This document shows positions 22,310-33,262 of a stretch of 64,000 bases of DNA, piece by piece; positions within the stretch are counted from its first letter, which is position 1, and each line of letters opens with the position of its first letter. The DNA is from Thermoplasmatota archaeon (GTDB lineage Archaea; Thermoplasmatota; Thermoplasmata; Lutacidiplasmatales; JAMCUS01): assembly GCA_023379385.1 (NCBI GenBank), contig JAMCUS010000022.1, forward strand, positions 6,813 through 70,812, given 5' to 3'. The notes below the pieces were generated by a model. That model was not told the DNA's origin. It searched no databases and worked only from the letters and a program-made list of their open reading frames with translations. Made by a program: the position numbers and the translations under genes.

Positions 22310-23677
22310 ATGAAAATAGTTGTTATAGGTGGTGATGCAGCCGGTATGAGTGCTGCCTCTAAAGCTAAAAGAATAAATAAGAGTGCGGAGGTTATTGTTT
22401 TTGAAAAAGGCAATTATGTGTCTTTTGCTGCCTGTGGAATGCCATATTATATAAGTGGTGTTGTTTCAGATGTTCAGTCGCTCGTACATTACCCTGTTGA
22501 AAAATTTGTGATTGAAAGGGGCATAGATGTTAGATTGGGTTCTGAAATAATATCCATAAACCCTGCGCTTAAATCTGTCTCCGTTAAAAAACGTGACGGA
22601 ACAATAGTTAATGAAATTTATGATAAATTAATTATAGCATCAGGCGCTTCACCAAAAATACCATCCTTTTTCAAAAATTATAAAAATAAATATGTTCTTA
22701 GATGGCTGGAGGATGCCATAAAAATAAAATCTGAAACAAAAAATGCAAAGGAGGTTGTTATTATTGGTGCTGGTTTTGTTGGTATAGAGATGGCTGAGGC
22801 TTTTAAAATCAGTGGAAAAAATGTAATAATGGTTGAATTCCTGTCCCGTGTATTAAGAGGTTATGATGAAGAATTTGGTGTGGAGATTATAAAAACACTT
22901 ACCAAGAATGGTATTAACGTAAGGCTCAATGAAGAAGTTACATCTGTAGTTGCAGATGGAACCACGATCAAGAGCATTAAAACAAAATCGGGTAATGAAT
23001 ACCATGGAGATGTTTTTTTCATCTCAGTAGGCATTACACCCAATGTATCATTTTCACAAAATACAGGTATAAGCCTGTATGATGATCACGGTGGTAAAAG
23101 CGACGGTGCCATATCGGTAAACGATAGAATGGAGACTTCAATTCCTGATATATATGCAGTTGGTGATTGTGCAACTACATTTGACTTGATAACTGAAAAG
23201 AATATATACTATCCTTCTGCAACTACCGCCAATAAACAGGGAAGAGTTGCTGGTGAAAATGCAGCAGGTGGTCATGCAGTATTTAAAGGTGTTGTTCGAA
23301 CAGATGTTATAAAAATATTTGATATAGAGGTAGGTCGTGTTGGCCTTACTGTAGAGGAAGCCTCATATGAAGGATTCCAGCCAGTAACAAAATCCATAAA
23401 GGCCGGTACAAAAGCAAATTATTATCCTGGAAAAAAAGATATAATGGTTAAGTTTATAGCAGATAAAAAAAGCCATCGGTTGCTTGGTGCTAGTCTCCTT
23501 GGAGGCGAGGGTGTAGCCAAAAGAATAGATATTATATCTGAAGCCTTGATGAAGAAGTCGACACTTGAAGATATGCTTAATATAGACTATAGTTATTCAC
23601 CACCATTTGCACCTGTATGGGAACCATTATATATAGCAGCAGAGGTATTACTTTCTAAAATCATGAATGGTGAATAA
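22310..23677 (+). CDS. CoA-disulfide reductase / NADH oxidase family flavoprotein
   Basis: GGDAAG FAD-binding Rossmann motif, single redox Cys in SFAACGMPYY, second GAGFVG NAD(P)H site. 455 aa. Confidence 0.8.
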   Translation: MKIVVIGGDAAGMSAASKAKRINKSAEVIVFEKGNYVSFAACGMPYYISGVVSDVQSLVHYPVEKFVIERGIDVRLGSEIISINPALKSVSVKKRDGTIVNEIYDKLIIASGASPKIPSFFKNYKNKYVLRWLEDAIKIKSETKNAKEVVIIGAGFVGIEMAEAFKISGKNVIMVEFLSRVLRGYDEEFGVEIIKTLTKNGINVRLNEEVTSVVADGTTIKSIKTKSGNEYHGDVFFISVGITPNVSFSQNTGISLYDDHGGKSDGAISVNDRMETSIPDIYAVGDCATTFDLITEKNIYYPSATTANKQGRVAGENAAGGHAVFKGVVRTDVIKIFDIEVGRVGLTVEEASYEGFQPVTKSIKAGTKANYYPGKKDIMVKFIADKKSHRLLGASLLGGEGVAKRIDIISEALMKKSTLEDMLNIDYSYSPPFAPVWEPLYIAAEVLLSKIMNGE

Positions 23678-25595
23678 AAACATGATAGAAATAAGATACT
23701 GGGATGGAATGACAGAAACGATAACAAATCCTGAAACAGTATATGATATTTTGCATCATAAACTAGGAAATAAAATTGATACCGTACTTGTAGCAAAAGT
23801 TAACGATGTGTTAAAGGACCTGAGTTACATTGTTTCTGAAAATTCAAAAATAGCTCCTGTCTATTTTAGTGATTATGAAGGAAAACAGGTTTTCTGGCAT
23901 TCGTCTGCGCATATACTGGCAAAGGCTGTAACTGCATTCATAAAAGATGCCAAGCCAACAATAGGACCCCCCGTGGAAGATGGTTTTTATTATGATTTTG
24001 ACATGAATAATCTCACTAAGGAAGATAGAGAAGAGATAGAGAAGAGGGTCAAAAAGATCATTCAAAGTAAAGAGGCTTTTGAAAGAAAGGAGATAACAAA
24101 GGAGGAGGCGTATAAACTATTTGAAAATAACAGATACAAAATAGAGATTCTGAACGGGATACAGGATAAAGTGGTTTCCATATACAAACTGGGTGATTTT
24201 ATAGACCTCTGCCATGGTCCACATATACCATATGCTAATTATGTAAAATCATTTAAAATTACTACTATTGCCGCTGCACATTTTAAAGGCCTGAAGGAGA
24301 ATCCTCAGATGCAGCGTATATATGGCATATCGTTTCCTACAGAAAAGGAGATGAATGATTATATAAGGTTGCAGGAAGAGATTAAAAAATACGATCATAG
24401 AGAACTGGGAAAAAACCTTGATCTATTCTCATTTCATGATGAGGGCCCTGGCTTTGTATTTATGCATAATAATGGCAATGTTATTAAAAATGAGCTTATG
24501 AAGTACTGGAGGGAGATTCACCAGAAAGAGAAATACCAGGAAATAAGTACGCCAGCAATACTTTCAAAAGAATTATGGTTAAAATCAGGTCACTGGGAAC
24601 ATTACAAAGATAACATGTATTTTACTTCAGTTGATGAAAAAGATTTTGCAATAAAACCCATGAACTGTCCAGGTGCCATATTGGTATATAAAAATGGATT
24701 TCACAGTTATAAAGAATTTCCTTTGAGATTAGGTGAGATAGGTGTTGTCAGAAGGAATGAACTTGGTGGTGTATTGCATGGATTATTCAGGCTAAGAGAG
24801 TTCACACAGGATGACGCACATATATTTATATCAGAAGATCTGATAGAGGAGGAGATCACCAGAATTATAAATATTGTGGATACCGTTTACAAACAATTTG
24901 GTCTTGAATACCATGTAGAACTTTCTACTAGACCATCAAACAGCATGGGAACTGATGAACAATGGAATAACGCAGAATCGGCACTCAACATAATACTGGA
25001 AAAAAGAGGTGAGGCATATCATATCAATCCGGGAGATGGTGCATTTTATGGCCCCAAAATAGATTTTCACATAACAGATGTGTTTGGTAGAAGATGGCAG
25101 TGTGCCACAATACAGCTTGATTTTCAGTTGCCAATTAGATTTGATGTCAAATATGAAGGTAAGGATGGCAAAATGCATACACCTGTTGTTATTCACAGAG
25201 TGGTATATGGAGCAATAGAACGGTTTATTGGCATACTTTTAGAACATTTCAAAGGTTGGCTGCCTTTATGGCTATCACCGGTACATATGGCGATACTACC
25301 TGTTGGTGAAAAACATATATCATACGCTGAAAATATATATAAAACATGTTCTGATAACAATATAAGAACCAGATTACTTGTTGATGATACATTGCAAAAG
25401 CGTATAAGATTCTCAGAACTTAATAAAATACCCTTTATAGTTATAGTGGGAGATCGCGAAATAACAGAAAACAGGGTGATGCTGCGTATCCATGGAATTA
25501 AGGAACAAAAAAGTATGGAAATGGAGGATTTAATAAAAAGGATTAAGAATGGAATAAACAGTAGAACACTGCAACTTGAAAATATTATTTCATAG
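23667..25595 (+). CDS. thrS: threonyl-tRNA synthetase
   Basis: 642 aa. TGS-like N-terminus, HSSAHIL second-additional-domain motif, class II motifs (FRLREFTQDDAHIF). Confidence 0.95.
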   Translation: MVNKNMIEIRYWDGMTETITNPETVYDILHHKLGNKIDTVLVAKVNDVLKDLSYIVSENSKIAPVYFSDYEGKQVFWHSSAHILAKAVTAFIKDAKPTIGPPVEDGFYYDFDMNNLTKEDREEIEKRVKKIIQSKEAFERKEITKEEAYKLFENNRYKIEILNGIQDKVVSIYKLGDFIDLCHGPHIPYANYVKSFKITTIAAAHFKGLKENPQMQRIYGISFPTEKEMNDYIRLQEEIKKYDHRELGKNLDLFSFHDEGPGFVFMHNNGNVIKNELMKYWREIHQKEKYQEISTPAILSKELWLKSGHWEHYKDNMYFTSVDEKDFAIKPMNCPGAILVYKNGFHSYKEFPLRLGEIGVVRRNELGGVLHGLFRLREFTQDDAHIFISEDLIEEEITRIINIVDTVYKQFGLEYHVELSTRPSNSMGTDEQWNNAESALNIILEKRGEAYHINPGDGAFYGPKIDFHITDVFGRRWQCATIQLDFQLPIRFDVKYEGKDGKMHTPVVIHRVVYGAIERFIGILLEHFKGWLPLWLSPVHMAILPVGEKHISYAENIYKTCSDNNIRTRLLVDDTLQKRIRFSELNKIPFIVIVGDREITENRVMLRIHGIKEQKSMEMEDLIKRIKNGINSRTLQLENIIS

Positions 25596-25878
25596 AAATA
25601 GGTTCAGCTGGGTTAGATTTTCAGTTAACAGTATTAACATTGAACCTCACTGGTCGCTACATTACTACGCTTGAACTTGATGGGTATTACACCATACATC
25701 CTGGCCTGTTTAGCAAATGGCTCATGGAATGCATTTATCAACAAGACACGAATGGTATGGATTTTAGACGTGTAGGCAACCCCATATCCATGCCAGTCAT
25801 GTACGTACATAACCTCTTTTTGTTCATCTTTATAAAGCACTCCCTACCACAGGTCCTTTCAGATATTGGCTTCTTTTA

Positions 25879-27764
25879 CTTGAGTTTGGACATTAATCAA
25901 AAAATACTTCGTACTGGCATAGATGATAATTTGTAGTATTAATTAAAATTAATTCGGAACTAAAGCATCTATCTTAAGTATTTTAACTATCTCCTTTTCT
26001 TCCACCCCCATTCTCTCCAGTTTGAATCTAACATCGCTATCATTTTCTATTAATCCTCCCAGTCTTATCCGTTTCAGTATTGATACCATCCTGTCCATTG
26101 GCATGCTCTCTCCTATAGCCTCCTCTATCTTCCACTGTATGTATCTGTAAAACAGCAACCCCATCACACACATGAACGTGTGGGCTCTGATCCGTTTATC
26201 AAGCCTGTGGTATATTGGCATTACCGGAAAGAGAAGTACATCTTTCAGTATGTGGTAATCCTCTTCCATTCCACTCCTCGCAAAATAGGTCTTAACTATC
26301 CTTTCGTTACTCCAATCTTTCCTGTCTGTGAATATTACTGTCTTCCCAAATCCACTCCTCTTCTCTTTCTCTGCCTTCTCGTCTATCCAGTATGTTAGTT
26401 TCATTCCATTATCTCCGGCAGCACTGCCCTCTATCGTGTTCCCTACACGATACCGGAATACGCTCCTCCACTTCTCCGGTATCAGTGCTATCACCCTTCT
26501 GTTAATACTCTCTATTGATGATGACCTGCCTCTATGCTTTGCATTCATTGATCTTGCTATCTCCTCACATCCCTCTATAAATCGTCTCTTTGCATTCTCG
26601 TAATCAATGATCTGCTTCTTCTCCCCTGACACGTTGTACGCAACTACTGCTACTCCATTCACTCCCATTACTATTTTATCCTCTCGTATTGTGTATATCT
26701 CCTCTTCATTCTTTGTTCTGTATGTCTCTCTGTATTCGGAAAGCTTCTTATCCAGTAGCTTTACTGCCTGATTCCTCTTCAACGAACTTATAAAATGAAC
26801 TTCCGAGGAGGTCATTGCCTTCATGCCATCTTTTGAATTCATTCCTCTATCAAATACAAAACAGAGCTCATCACATTTCATACCAAGTTTCGTAAGCGTA
26901 TTCACCATTGACGACACAGAATGCTGAAAATACTTTGCATCATTCTCTTTGCCTGCGTACACTTCATGTATGATAGGTATGTACCTGTCTGTTGTTGCAG
27001 TTGCAAGACCAACCAGCTTTGCCTGTCTGTTACCATCCTTGGCGTTACCTGCAGATGGAAGTATTCTATCCAACTCCCCGTGAGGTTGCTGTTCTGTGCT
27101 GAAGTTGGTTGTATCAAAAAATATAATGGATGGTTTATGTCCCATCTCAATGAGCCTCTCTGCTATCCTGAAGGATATCTGTTCAATATCTTCAGGAGTC
27201 AATTTATCCATGTGCCGTATGTAGCTTCTGGTGGATAGTGACGGTATATCATACATCAGCAGTGGAAGTGCAGAGCGTTCAGACCACCTGTCCATTCCAT
27301 TTTTTGATAAAGGCTCTTCAGAACGTCCGTAGATGTATGCCAGTAATGCATTTGCTGTTTTACTGCTACCTGTTACCTCTTCTACAATCCTGGTGAATCC
27401 GATCTCTTCATTCACCATTGAAATAGCTGCAACAGTACCGAATTGGAACGAGACAAGATCAACGTTCTCAGGAATCTTTCTATTCGCATTAATAATATCA
27501 AGTATTTTATCAGCAGTACCTAAATAAATATTCATAACAACTTTAGGCTTGCCATTGATGCGTTCAGTTTTTCTGAGGTAGTAGTGAACAGTACCATTTG
27601 GTTTTTTCAATCCCCAAATAAAGGTCATGAATAAGTAATGATAATACTACTATAAATAATTTATTATGAAGTAATGCATAGTGAAAATAATTATCAAAAA
27701 GGTAATACTACAAATGCTCACGCTCAATTCATGAGGGATTTATTTTACGATGTCCAAACTCGGG
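25879..27764 (-). mobile_element. intact IS1634-type (IS4-related) insertion sequence
   Basis: Perfect 12-bp terminal inverted repeats: GAGTTTGGACAT at 25882-25893 and ATGTCCAAACTC at 27750-27761. They flank a single 559-aa transposase ORF. About 1.9 kb. Confidence 0.75.
25949..27628 (-). CDS. IS1634-family DDE transposase
   Basis: 559 aa. N-terminus KKPNGTVHYYLRKTERINGKPKVVMNIYLG is typical of IS1634-group transposases. Confidence 0.8.
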   Translation of the reverse strand: MTFIWGLKKPNGTVHYYLRKTERINGKPKVVMNIYLGTADKILDIINANRKIPENVDLVSFQFGTVAAISMVNEEIGFTRIVEEVTGSSKTANALLAYIYGRSEEPLSKNGMDRWSERSALPLLMYDIPSLSTRSYIRHMDKLTPEDIEQISFRIAERLIEMGHKPSIIFFDTTNFSTEQQPHGELDRILPSAGNAKDGNRQAKLVGLATATTDRYIPIIHEVYAGKENDAKYFQHSVSSMVNTLTKLGMKCDELCFVFDRGMNSKDGMKAMTSSEVHFISSLKRNQAVKLLDKKLSEYRETYRTKNEEEIYTIREDKIVMGVNGVAVVAYNVSGEKKQIIDYENAKRRFIEGCEEIARSMNAKHRGRSSSIESINRRVIALIPEKWRSVFRYRVGNTIEGSAAGDNGMKLTYWIDEKAEKEKRSGFGKTVIFTDRKDWSNERIVKTYFARSGMEEDYHILKDVLLFPVMPIYHRLDKRIRAHTFMCVMGLLFYRYIQWKIEEAIGESMPMDRMVSILKRIRLGGLIENDSDVRFKLERMGVEEKEIVKILKIDALVPN

Positions 27765-27888
27765 TTTTAGTTACGCTTTATAACCTGCACCATCAATTAG
27801 TATTTAGTTATACACATATAAATATTTTTGTAATAGGTAAAAGATACCATATATGTTAGTAAAATGTTATTATTATCGTTATTTCTGT

Positions 27889-28581
27889 CTATATCTTTAT
27901 TCCTCCGCCTATTTCAAGTATTTCAATAATTCTGATAACCATTATAATGAAGAATGTTAGCAAAGAAAGAAAAGGAATAGTCAAAATATAATATTTTATT
28001 TTTATTAATTTAAGTTGTATAAAATTCTGAAACATTATAAGCATAATAAAAAATATTATAAGCAGATCGTATACACTACCAAAGCTCTTACTTTCATAAC
28101 CTATAACACTGAGCAAAATTATTAAAACAATACCGGAAATAGAAACTATGAATGTAAATTTATAGAGATTCTTAAATGAACTGTATTGCAGAACAAAAAT
28201 AAAAAATACTAACAATCCCACAATTGTAAATACAAGCATTATTATAAGAATTAAATAAATATATTGATTGGAGAAAGGTGGAAGAAAGGTATTCATAAAA
28301 TATCCAGGATCTATTGCTATAAGAGATATGAGCCATACCATAAAGAAGGATAATATTTCTAAATTTTTAGGTAAAATATAGAGATCACAATCAGGATCAC
28401 AGACCTCTCCTTTCTTTTTAATATCATATAATGGGCATTTTATACACAATTCCTTTTCTATGCCATAAAATGTATCGGTGTAGAGATCCATGGATAGAAG
28501 CCGTACAAACAATGCAATATCTGTAGCAATGAAAAAGGAGACAAACCACTTGAAAAGATTACTCCAATTAACAATTATCAT
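27889..28581 (-). CDS. multi-pass membrane protein with Cys-rich loop
   Basis: 230 aa with about 6 hydrophobic helices. The loop CIKCPLYDIKKKGEVCDPDCD has four Cys. No family recognised. Confidence 0.5.
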   Translation of the reverse strand: MIIVNWSNLFKWFVSFFIATDIALFVRLLSMDLYTDTFYGIEKELCIKCPLYDIKKKGEVCDPDCDLYILPKNLEILSFFMVWLISLIAIDPGYFMNTFLPPFSNQYIYLILIIMLVFTIVGLLVFFIFVLQYSSFKNLYKFTFIVSISGIVLIILLSVIGYESKSFGSVYDLLIIFFIMLIMFQNFIQLKLIKIKYYILTIPFLSLLTFFIIMVIRIIEILEIGGGIKI

Positions 28582-28692
28582 TAACGGCTAATTATATAAT
28601 TTCTAACTAAAATAGTTTACTATCTTTACTCATAGTGCCAACAGATGATTGTATTTCTTATAGTACCCTGTCACATTCAGCATTATTGCCTC

Positions 28693-29079
28693 TTATCTTT
28701 TTCCAGAAAAAAGATATTTATCAATAAGCTTATACTCTTTATCAAAATTCTCTGTTTCTTTGTCAGATCCATAATTCATGGCTTTATATGTAGCAATTAA
28801 AGCAGAAATATTGGTTATCATAGCAATATTATCTCTTTCGATCATAAATTTTTTGTATTGAATTGTAGCAATCTCTCCGTTTATTTTTGTAAATTTTCTC
28901 ATTATGGTGACAAGTTGTTTATTGGTGGATTGATATTCATCCAATTTATCTTTTATATCATCTATGCTGTATTGCTCCTCACATGGTTCCTGTAATTTAC
29001 TGTCTTTTATGTCTCCGATTATACCAGCTTTATGGCATTTTAAAACAAGCTCGCTTATTACAGAACCTTTTTTTGACAT
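28693..29079 (-). CDS. hypothetical protein
   Basis: 128-aa ORF, helical/charged. No family recognised. Confidence 0.45.
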   Translation of the reverse strand: MSKKGSVISELVLKCHKAGIIGDIKDSKLQEPCEEQYSIDDIKDKLDEYQSTNKQLVTIMRKFTKINGEIATIQYKKFMIERDNIAMITNISALIATYKAMNYGSDKETENFDKEYKLIDKYLFSGKR

Positions 29080-29089
29080 ATCTTACACA

Positions 29090-29329
29090 TCATTTTTCAT
29101 TGATCTTTTTTTGAAGTTCATCCATTCTTGCCTTCATATAGGCATTGTCCGCTAAGATCTCATCCAATTCTTTTTTAGATCTTTCTAGTTCTCTTAGCTG
29201 GTTTGAGTACCTGATCTCAAATTCCCTTATTTTATGTTTGACGATATTGGTTTTTGTGACAATAATTTTTTTTAAGTTACAAAGAACAATGTCGTCATTC
29301 TTATTCATGTAAATAAGAGATAACATCAT
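29090..29329 (-). CDS. hypothetical coiled-coil protein
   Basis: 79-aa ORF with a heptad-like charged C-terminal half (RELERSKKELDEILADNAYMKARMDELQKKINEK). Confidence 0.4.
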   Translation of the reverse strand: MMLSLIYMNKNDDIVLCNLKKIIVTKTNIVKHKIREFEIRYSNQLRELERSKKELDEILADNAYMKARMDELQKKINEK

Positions 29330-29382
29330 ACTAATTATTTTTTCCCCTAATTCTACATGATAACTGAGGAAATCGGATCTGT

Positions 29383-31527
29383 TCAGTTTCCCAATCTAGC
29401 GGTTATTGTAAATTGCCCGTACGATTGGGCTGCATATATCAGTATGTAATACAGTCCATATGTAAATATATAGAATGATAAGTATGCATCTGGGCCATTT
29501 GCCATATTGAAATAGTAAGAACTACTGGGCCAAAAACCAAATCCTTCATATAAATTGGATATGAAACTGGAATTGCTTGTATTCTCATTCTTTTCATAAA
29601 TTTTCAAAAGATCATAATTTTTAATTTCAGATGCTGTAACATTTACAATATAGTACGCACCATCACCAGTATAATCTAACGTTCCGTTGATAACAGTTCC
29701 ATTCAATGGTAGAGGAGTACTATTTTTAACAATTACAGTAAAAGGTCCATTTGATATCGTAACATTATTATTTGTTGTACTGTATAATATTAAATAATAT
29801 GTTGTTCCTGGAATGGCACCACCAATTGTAACTTCATGCAGTGTACCGTTCACAAAATCAACGCCATTAAAATTTCCATAATTGTAACTTTCTGATGAAG
29901 CTCCTACACTCACCGACGAATTTGCTGCTATATTTGTGTTCCATTTAACAAAAATGTCGTAGGAGGTGGTATTTATGATTATATTTTTCATTTTGAAATT
30001 GGAGTACATTTTGCGATTTACAGTTAGATTTATCCGTGCATAGGATATGTTACCAGCACCATCCTCTACAACAAATGTCGCTGTATAGTTTCCAGGTATA
30101 AGGTAGGTAAACGCAGTGTTTGTATAATTGCTGATATATCCATTTCCAAAATACCAGTCATACGAATATGGACCTATGCCACCGGATATATTGGCTGTAA
30201 AATTAACTTTTAATGGTGCTGTTCCAGTTATAACTGATGCATGGGTGGATACACTTAATGGCATAACTGGTACGCTATTGACCAGAATTGTGATAGGTTG
30301 ATGGACCACAGATCCGCTACCATCTGTCACGACGACATATGCATTGTATTTACCCGGTTTTTGATAAAGATAGTACGGATTTTGATTATATGAAATATTC
30401 CCATTTCCAAAATACCACTTATAGTGAAACGGAGCATTGCCACCAGCGATTATCATGCTGAAATTAACCAGAAGTGGTGCTGCACCATACGCTGGTGTTG
30501 CCTTGACATACAGTTTCATAGATGAATTATGCCCATTGTTAGCAGGGTATATACCTTTAAGATTGAGTAACAGTTCACTGGTTACGTTCTGATCCTGAAA
30601 GTAGCTTACACCACACAGTGTCAAATAATCTATAGATGTTACATGAAGATCTGGAAATATGTAAAGATAGGAATAACCAAAATATTCTGCAGAATAATCT
30701 GATACAACTCCGTCATTATTCCCTGTGAATATTATGTACCCCCACCATGGATCATAATTTCCAGCATAGACTGATACAGTAGCTTCAGGATAATATTTTT
30801 TTACAGTATTATATCCCTTTTTAAGATCATTCAGAAAACTGGAATGTGGTATCATCTCATTTGATTCATAGCTTGTATCCACATTAAAAAAGGATGACAG
30901 AGATGATAATGGAGTACCATCAAATGGTGTCGCAATGAAAATTAAATTTTTTATGTAAATGTTTGTAAAATCCCAGTGTTCAAGCATATACACCGTTACA
31001 AGGCCGCCCATACTATAAGATACAATATCGGCAGATATATTCATATCACGGAAGGTATACTGAATGGCAGATCCAAACTCCATTCCTATTTCTTGAATAG
31101 GTGTGTTTACTGTATTATAGTTACTATCATTTTTATATATGTAGCCATTGCTGAACTTTATTGTAAAATTACCATAATACAGTACCAGACCTACAATATA
31201 ACCACTTCTTACCAATTGCTGATAAATATTATTGTTACCTGCGGTCCATGGTACATAATTAGATGTACCATTTGTAGTTCCATTATACCCATACACAAGC
31301 AGCACATAGGTAGGACCATGTGTATAATCCTCTTTCTTGAATGCCAGTTTACTATTTTCATTCGTATTGATAAATGGGTTATATCTTAATCCAATTTTAT
31401 AAATATTTTCAGTACCATACACCACAAAAATGGAGGTAGATAAAAGTACAAATACCACCATAATGGATACGATGCCTGTACCGTATTTTAAATATATTTT
31501 ACGAATTTCATCTTTTAGATGCATCAC
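29383..31527 (-). CDS. secreted alpha/beta-hydrolase (lipase-like) with two PKD domains and C-terminal beta-rich domains
   Basis: 714 aa. N-terminal TM/signal. GxSxG nucleophile elbow SYSMGG. Two PKD-like repeats (APLLVNFS...YKWYFGNG...VVVTDGSG and APLKVNFT...YDWYFGNG...FVVEDGAGN). Confidence 0.75.
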   Translation of the reverse strand: MMHLKDEIRKIYLKYGTGIVSIMVVFVLLSTSIFVVYGTENIYKIGLRYNPFINTNENSKLAFKKEDYTHGPTYVLLVYGYNGTTNGTSNYVPWTAGNNNIYQQLVRSGYIVGLVLYYGNFTIKFSNGYIYKNDSNYNTVNTPIQEIGMEFGSAIQYTFRDMNISADIVSYSMGGLVTVYMLEHWDFTNIYIKNLIFIATPFDGTPLSSLSSFFNVDTSYESNEMIPHSSFLNDLKKGYNTVKKYYPEATVSVYAGNYDPWWGYIIFTGNNDGVVSDYSAEYFGYSYLYIFPDLHVTSIDYLTLCGVSYFQDQNVTSELLLNLKGIYPANNGHNSSMKLYVKATPAYGAAPLLVNFSMIIAGGNAPFHYKWYFGNGNISYNQNPYYLYQKPGKYNAYVVVTDGSGSVVHQPITILVNSVPVMPLSVSTHASVITGTAPLKVNFTANISGGIGPYSYDWYFGNGYISNYTNTAFTYLIPGNYTATFVVEDGAGNISYARINLTVNRKMYSNFKMKNIIINTTSYDIFVKWNTNIAANSSVSVGASSESYNYGNFNGVDFVNGTLHEVTIGGAIPGTTYYLILYSTTNNNVTISNGPFTVIVKNSTPLPLNGTVINGTLDYTGDGAYYIVNVTASEIKNYDLLKIYEKNENTSNSSFISNLYEGFGFWPSSSYYFNMANGPDAYLSFYIFTYGLYYILIYAAQSYGQFTITARLGN

Positions 31528-31696
31528 ATATAGTCATGACTTTTTTGTTAAAATAGTTTACCTACATAATATATATAGTAATTATAGTTATGAATAGCAT
31601 ATAGAACATTAAACAACATTTAATTTGATGCTATACTTCAGTGAAAAAACATAAAAAGAGTTATTTATAACAAATCTATTCATAATTACTTGAGAG

Positions 31697-33262
31697 ATGG
31701 TAAATATGACATTTAAAAACGAAAATACCTTTGTAGAATTATATAAAAAGGGAGAGGTTGACAAATATCATGCACAATATGAGGATGCCTTGAAATTAAT
31801 AAAGCTAGGTGAAGAGTATCCAAATATAATAGATGGTAATGATATATTTGAAGATAAAAAATTTAATGATCTATCACCTATAGATGGTAAAACTGTAATC
31901 GGAATATTCCAGTTGGCTTCGCCAGAATCTATTGATAGAGCTATAAACAGATCAAAAGAGAACTATAAGAAATGGTTTGATCTAGGGTATGCGAAGAGAT
32001 CTAAAATATTTTTGAAAGCAGCAGATATTTTATCGTCCAGAAAATTTTATTATGCAGCTTTATTAGCTTATGAAAACGGTAAAAATAGAGATGAAGCAAT
32101 AGGTGATGTTGATGAAGCGATAGACTTCATGAGATATTATGCACTTGATCTCAAGAAGAATAAGGGATACATACACGCTACAGGTAAAGCATATGATAAC
32201 GAAGAAAGTAAGAGTATTATGAAACCATATGGTTTATTTGCAGTTCTTCCTCCATTTAACTTTTTTTCTATAACTGTAGGTATGTTTACTGGTGCGTTGA
32301 TAACAGGAAATGCTGCTATCTTGAAACCCTCAAGTGATATACCGTTATCGTCTTATCTATTTACAAGGTTATTACTCGAGGCAGGCGTGCCATCAAACGT
32401 TATCCATTATGTATCTGGTTCAGGTTCTGTTGTGGGCAGAATCCTAGTAGAGGATCCTAGAATAGATGGTGTTGTTTTCACAGGTTCTAGAGATGTAGGA
32501 CTATATATATATAATGCAAGTGCACGTATAAAGATTAGGCCAGTTATAACAGAGATGGGTGGTAAAAATTGTATAATAGTAAGTGATAAAGCAGACTTAG
32601 AAAAGGCTGCAGAGGGTGTCGCAAAGGCTGCCTTTGGATACGATGGTCAGAAATGTAGTGCATGTTCAAAGCTACTTGTTAATAAAAATATAAAAGAGGA
32701 ATTTATAAAAAAACTTGTAAATTATGTAGAAAATAAAATTACCATAGGAGACCCCAGAGAAAAGGGAATATTTATGGGGCCTTTGATAAATAAAGAGGCA
32801 TTTGAAAAATATAAAAAGTATATAGATGTTTTGAAGGCGGATGGGAAGGTACTGACAGGATGTGATATACTGCCCAGAGATGGATATTATGTAAAGCCTA
32901 CCGTCGTTGATGGTTTACAGGAAAATCATGAAATTATGAAAACTGAATTATTTCTGCCAATAATGGCTGTGGAAGAGTACAGTACACTTGACGAAGCTAT
33001 AAAGATAATAAACAGTTCGGATTATGGATTGACAGGTGGAATATTTACTGAAAGTACGGAGGAGATAAATCAATATTTTCATAACGCGGATGTGGGAGTA
33101 ATTTATGCCAATAGAAGAAGGGGTGGATCAACGGGTGCTATGGTGGGCTCCCAGCCCTTTGTGGGATGGAAGATGAGTGGAAGTACAGGAAAGGGTACTG
33201 GTAGCTTCTATTATCTTCAGCAGTTTCTCAGAGAACAATCACAGACAATTGTCAGAGAGTAA
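31697..33262 (+). CDS. aldehyde dehydrogenase, 1-pyrroline-5-carboxylate dehydrogenase-like
   Basis: 521 aa. ALDH motifs TEMGGKN and FGYDGQKCSACS. The size and motifs resemble RocA/PruA-type enzymes. Confidence 0.8.
   Translation: MVNMTFKNENTFVELYKKGEVDKYHAQYEDALKLIKLGEEYPNIIDGNDIFEDKKFNDLSPIDGKTVIGIFQLASPESIDRAINRSKENYKKWFDLGYAKRSKIFLKAADILSSRKFYYAALLAYENGKNRDEAIGDVDEAIDFMRYYALDLKKNKGYIHATGKAYDNEESKSIMKPYGLFAVLPPFNFFSITVGMFTGALITGNAAILKPSSDIPLSSYLFTRLLLEAGVPSNVIHYVSGSGSVVGRILVEDPRIDGVVFTGSRDVGLYIYNASARIKIRPVITEMGGKNCIIVSDKADLEKAAEGVAKAAFGYDGQKCSACSKLLVNKNIKEEFIKKLVNYVENKITIGDPREKGIFMGPLINKEAFEKYKKYIDVLKADGKVLTGCDILPRDGYYVKPTVVDGLQENHEIMKTELFLPIMAVEEYSTLDEAIKIINSSDYGLTGGIFTESTEEINQYFHNADVGVIYANRRRGGSTGAMVGSQPFVGWKMSGSTGKGTGSFYYLQQFLREQSQTIVRE

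Noticed and set aside
25634-25936. ORFs 25634-25840 (-) and 25640-25936 (+) between thrS and the IS.
   Set aside because: They overlap each other on opposite strands and no motif was recognised. One runs into the IS terminal repeat. I also found no continuation on the far side of the IS that would indicate a gene split by the insertion.
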